From positions 2,563-66,562 of the forward strand of contig DATKRK010000278.1 of assembly GCA_035532215.1 (NCBI GenBank): 64,000 bases of DNA, in the 5' to 3' direction. Origin of the DNA: Pirellulales bacterium. GTDB taxonomy: Bacteria > Planctomycetota > Planctomycetia > Pirellulales > JAICIG01. Below the pieces are notes generated by a model, which was not told the origin of the DNA, did not search any database, and saw only the letters and a list, made by a program, of their open reading frames with translations. Of the stretch, positions 61,869-64,000 are shown piece after piece. Every line of letters begins with the position of its first letter. Positions within the stretch are counted from its first letter, which is position 1. The translations under genes were made by a program, and so were the position numbers.

Positions 61869-63239
61869 TCATACGACGCGGGCGACGCCCGGAACCGCGA
61901 CCGGATAAAATCCTCGTTCGTCGGCCAGTGTCGGCGCCGCGGCGTCCCACCGTTCGGCGTCGGTGGTCAGCTTGATCTCGGATTCGAACGCGTCGTCCCA
62001 CGTGATCCGCTTGCCGGAATAGGTCGCAAGCCGGCCGAGGATGGCGGTCATCGTGCTTATCGCGCCCGACTCGGCCTCGTTGTGCGGCTTGTCGTTGCGG
62101 ATGGCGTCGAACAGCACGTCGTGTTCGACCTGGTATGGATTCGGGCCCTTGCCGCCGCGGGCCCGCTGCGATTTCCAGATCGTCTCGCCGCCGCGAACGA
62201 TCGAGCACGTTCCGCCGCCCAAGTCGGCCCGGGCCGACGTGCCGCGGGCGTGTTCGGTCACCCGGTTCGAGCAGCCGGGCGTCTGCCGGCACTGGCTGAA
62301 CATCTTGACGTCGTCGGCGTAGGTGAACTCGACCGCATGGTGGTCGAAAATATCGCCGTACTCCTTGCCGGTGCGAACCTGCCGCCCGCCCATGCCCTCG
62401 GCTTCGAGCGGATGGGCCTGCACGATCCAGTTGCAGACGTCCAAGTTGTGAATGTGCTGCTCGCAAATATGGTCGCCGCTGAGCCAGGAAAAGAAGTACC
62501 AGTTGCGCACCTGGTACTCCAGCTCGCTCAGGTCCTGCCGCGCGAAAGGCGTCTTGGCCGGCGGGCCGCTATTCCAATAGCAACGCAACGAGAGGATCTC
62601 GCCCAACTCGCCGTCGTGGATGCGGCGAATGGCCTCTTGGTAACTGGCCTGGTGATGTCGTTGCAAACCGACGCCGACCTTCAGGTTCTTACGCTTGGCT
62701 TCCTCGGCGGCCGCCAGCACGCGCCGCACGCCGATCGCGTCGGTGGCCAGCGGCTTTTCCATGAACACGTGCTTGCCGGCGGCCACGGCATATTCGAAGT
62801 GCTGCGGCCGGAAGCCGGGCGGCCCGGCGATCACGACCACGTCGACGCCGCTGTCGATCGCCTTGCGGTAAGCGTCGAGGCCGACGAACTGCCGCTCCTT
62901 CGGCACGTCGATCCGCTGGCCCAGCCCGTTGCTGGCATCGCGGTCGTAGCGGGCGTTCAAGCCCTTTTCCAATCCCTCGAGGCTCGTATGCAGCCGATCA
63001 TCGAAGGCATCGGCCATGGCCCACAGCTTCACCGGCCCCTCGGTGCTCAGGGCCTGCATCGCGGCGCCGGCGCCGCGGCCCCCGCAACCGATCAGCGCCA
63101 CCTTCAACGTATGATCTTCGCCCGCATGCACGCGATTGGCCAGCGACGCCGCCAACGCCGCGCCCGCCAAGGCCGACGAACCGGTCTTCAAGAATTCTCG
63201 ACGAGATGCATGCGAACCCCCACGACGCGAACCGGACAT
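61869..63239 (-). CDS. Gfo/Idh/MocA family oxidoreductase with Tat signal
   Basis: SRREFLKTGSSALAGAALAAS (Tat signal). Rossmann motif VALIGCGGRGAGAA. Also VVIAGPPGFRPQH and EKP. Confidence 0.85.
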   Translation of the reverse strand: MSGSRRGGSHASRREFLKTGSSALAGAALAASLANRVHAGEDHTLKVALIGCGGRGAGAAMQALSTEGPVKLWAMADAFDDRLHTSLEGLEKGLNARYDRDASNGLGQRIDVPKERQFVGLDAYRKAIDSGVDVVVIAGPPGFRPQHFEYAVAAGKHVFMEKPLATDAIGVRRVLAAAEEAKRKNLKVGVGLQRHHQASYQEAIRRIHDGELGEILSLRCYWNSGPPAKTPFARQDLSELEYQVRNWYFFSWLSGDHICEQHIHNLDVCNWIVQAHPLEAEGMGGRQVRTGKEYGDIFDHHAVEFTYADDVKMFSQCRQTPGCSNRVTEHARGTSARADLGGGTCSIVRGGETIWKSQRARGGKGPNPYQVEHDVLFDAIRNDKPHNEAESGAISTMTAILGRLATYSGKRITWDDAFESEIKLTTDAERWDAAAPTLADERGFYPVAVPGVARVV

Positions 63240-63488
63240 GACCGCCTCCTTCGAGATCGACTGACAGTGAAATCCGGCGTCATTGTAACTGCGATCGCCG
63301 CCGGGTGCGCGGGGGCTGGGACGATTGTTGTAATCGCGACCTGGCCGATCAATCTGCGGTCGACCGAGGCAAGCTCGGTCGGGTCGCCCCGTTTCCTGCC
63401 TCCGCCGGGACTTCGCCCCGGCTGGAGCACGATTGACCCGCTAGCACGCGTCGCCTGCTCTCCGTCCTGCCATGCGGGCGTATGGCTG

Positions 63489-64000
63489 CTACGGCGTTTC
63501 GCCTGCTTGCCCCCCGCTCGCCGCTTTCGCTTCGCTCGCCGTAATGAACCCGTCGCCGTCGGCGTCGAGCTGGGCGAATTTTTCACGGCTGCCGGGGAAC
63601 TCGCGGGCGCTGATCTCGGCGTCGCGGTTGGAGTCCATGAACACGAACCACCTGGGCCCTTCGACGGCACGGGCTTCGACGGTCGCGGCAGTGTAGGGCC
63701 GCGGGGCTTGGCTCATCGTGGCGCCGCGCTCGATCTGCGCCGTCATCCCGCCAGGGATTTCTTCGAGCGATAACTGCCCGTCGCCATCGGCGTCGAGCAC
63801 GGAGAGACGCTCGGGCGCCTGCCGCAATTCGCGCGGGCTGAGGCGGCCGTCGAAATCGGCGTCGAGGCAAGGGAATAGCGTATCCTGGTCGTCGTTGGCC
63901 GCGATGCGGATGGCGGTGGCCTGCGGCACGCGGCGGCCGCGGTTGAAAGAGTCGATCTCCTTGGCGTAGACCATGCCGTCGCCGTTGGCGTCCCATTCGT
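63489..64000 (-). CDS. EF-hand calcium-binding repeat protein; N-terminus lies outside the window
   Basis: Canonical 12-residue loops DADFDGRLSPRE, DADGDGQLSLEE, DSNRDAEISARE and DADGDGFITASE. The frame stays open upstream of the track start and encodes a further loop (EWDANGDGMVYAKE) running to the window edge. Confidence 0.7.
   Translation of the reverse strand, partial: EWDANGDGMVYAKEIDSFNRGRRVPQATAIRIAANDDQDTLFPCLDADFDGRLSPRELRQAPERLSVLDADGDGQLSLEEIPGGMTAQIERGATMSQAPRPYTAATVEARAVEGPRWFVFMDSNRDAEISAREFPGSREKFAQLDADGDGFITASEAKAASGGQAGETP

Noticed and set aside
60925-62466. Track ORF of 513 aa extending the TIM-barrel isomerase-like protein about 200 aa upstream.
   Set aside because: The extension overlaps the Gfo/Idh/MocA gene out of frame and is Arg-rich. 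A twin-arginine signal (MQRRQFL) with an AAGGAG site marks the real start at 61854.
1-64000. Scan of all intergenic gaps over 150 bp for tRNA, rRNA, tmRNA, transposase or integrase genes.
   Set aside because: No cloverleaf-like sequence, rRNA-like segment or transposase/integrase ORF was recognised by eye. A tRNAscan/Infernal run would be needed to be definitive.

Overview
A 64-kb chromosomal segment from a high-GC genome that looks like Planctomycetota (Pirellulales-like). This is inferred from a DUF1559 prepilin-type gene, ASPIC/UnbV (CRTAC1-like) and FG-GAP propellers with TPR partners, a BlaI/BlaR1 pair, and many intergenic palindromic repeats. I support about 55 protein-coding genes. Housekeeping content: a split two-subunit pyruvate:ferredoxin oxidoreductase, the glycine cleavage operon gcvT-gcvH-gcvPA-gcvPB plus a lipoate ligase, ftsK, ackA, a DsbD-type disulfide reductase, purM and glgX. 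Accessory content: (i) a heptaheme cytochrome c-TPR protein paired with a heme-motif FG-GAP propeller, followed by a second heme-free TPR / ASPIC / TPR module; (ii) a BlaI / BlaR1 pair whose 997-aa sensor has an LRR array and a tandem duplicated C-terminal domain, abutting a truncated VOC gene; (iii) an orphan eutC next to a truncated SGNH hydrolase; (iv) an ECF sigma / anti-sigma / secreted-protein operon; (v) a DUF1080 / TIM-barrel isomerase / Gfo-Idh-MocA sugar-oxidation set. No rRNA, tRNA, CRISPR array or transposase gene was seen. Intergenic DNA holds at least ten short palindromic repeat families, including two copies of a 138-bp MITE-like element bounded by CTAG. Most long ORFs in the supplied track that run antisense to recognisable enzymes are treated as high-GC artefacts. 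All family calls come from motif recognition by eye, and no database search was run.
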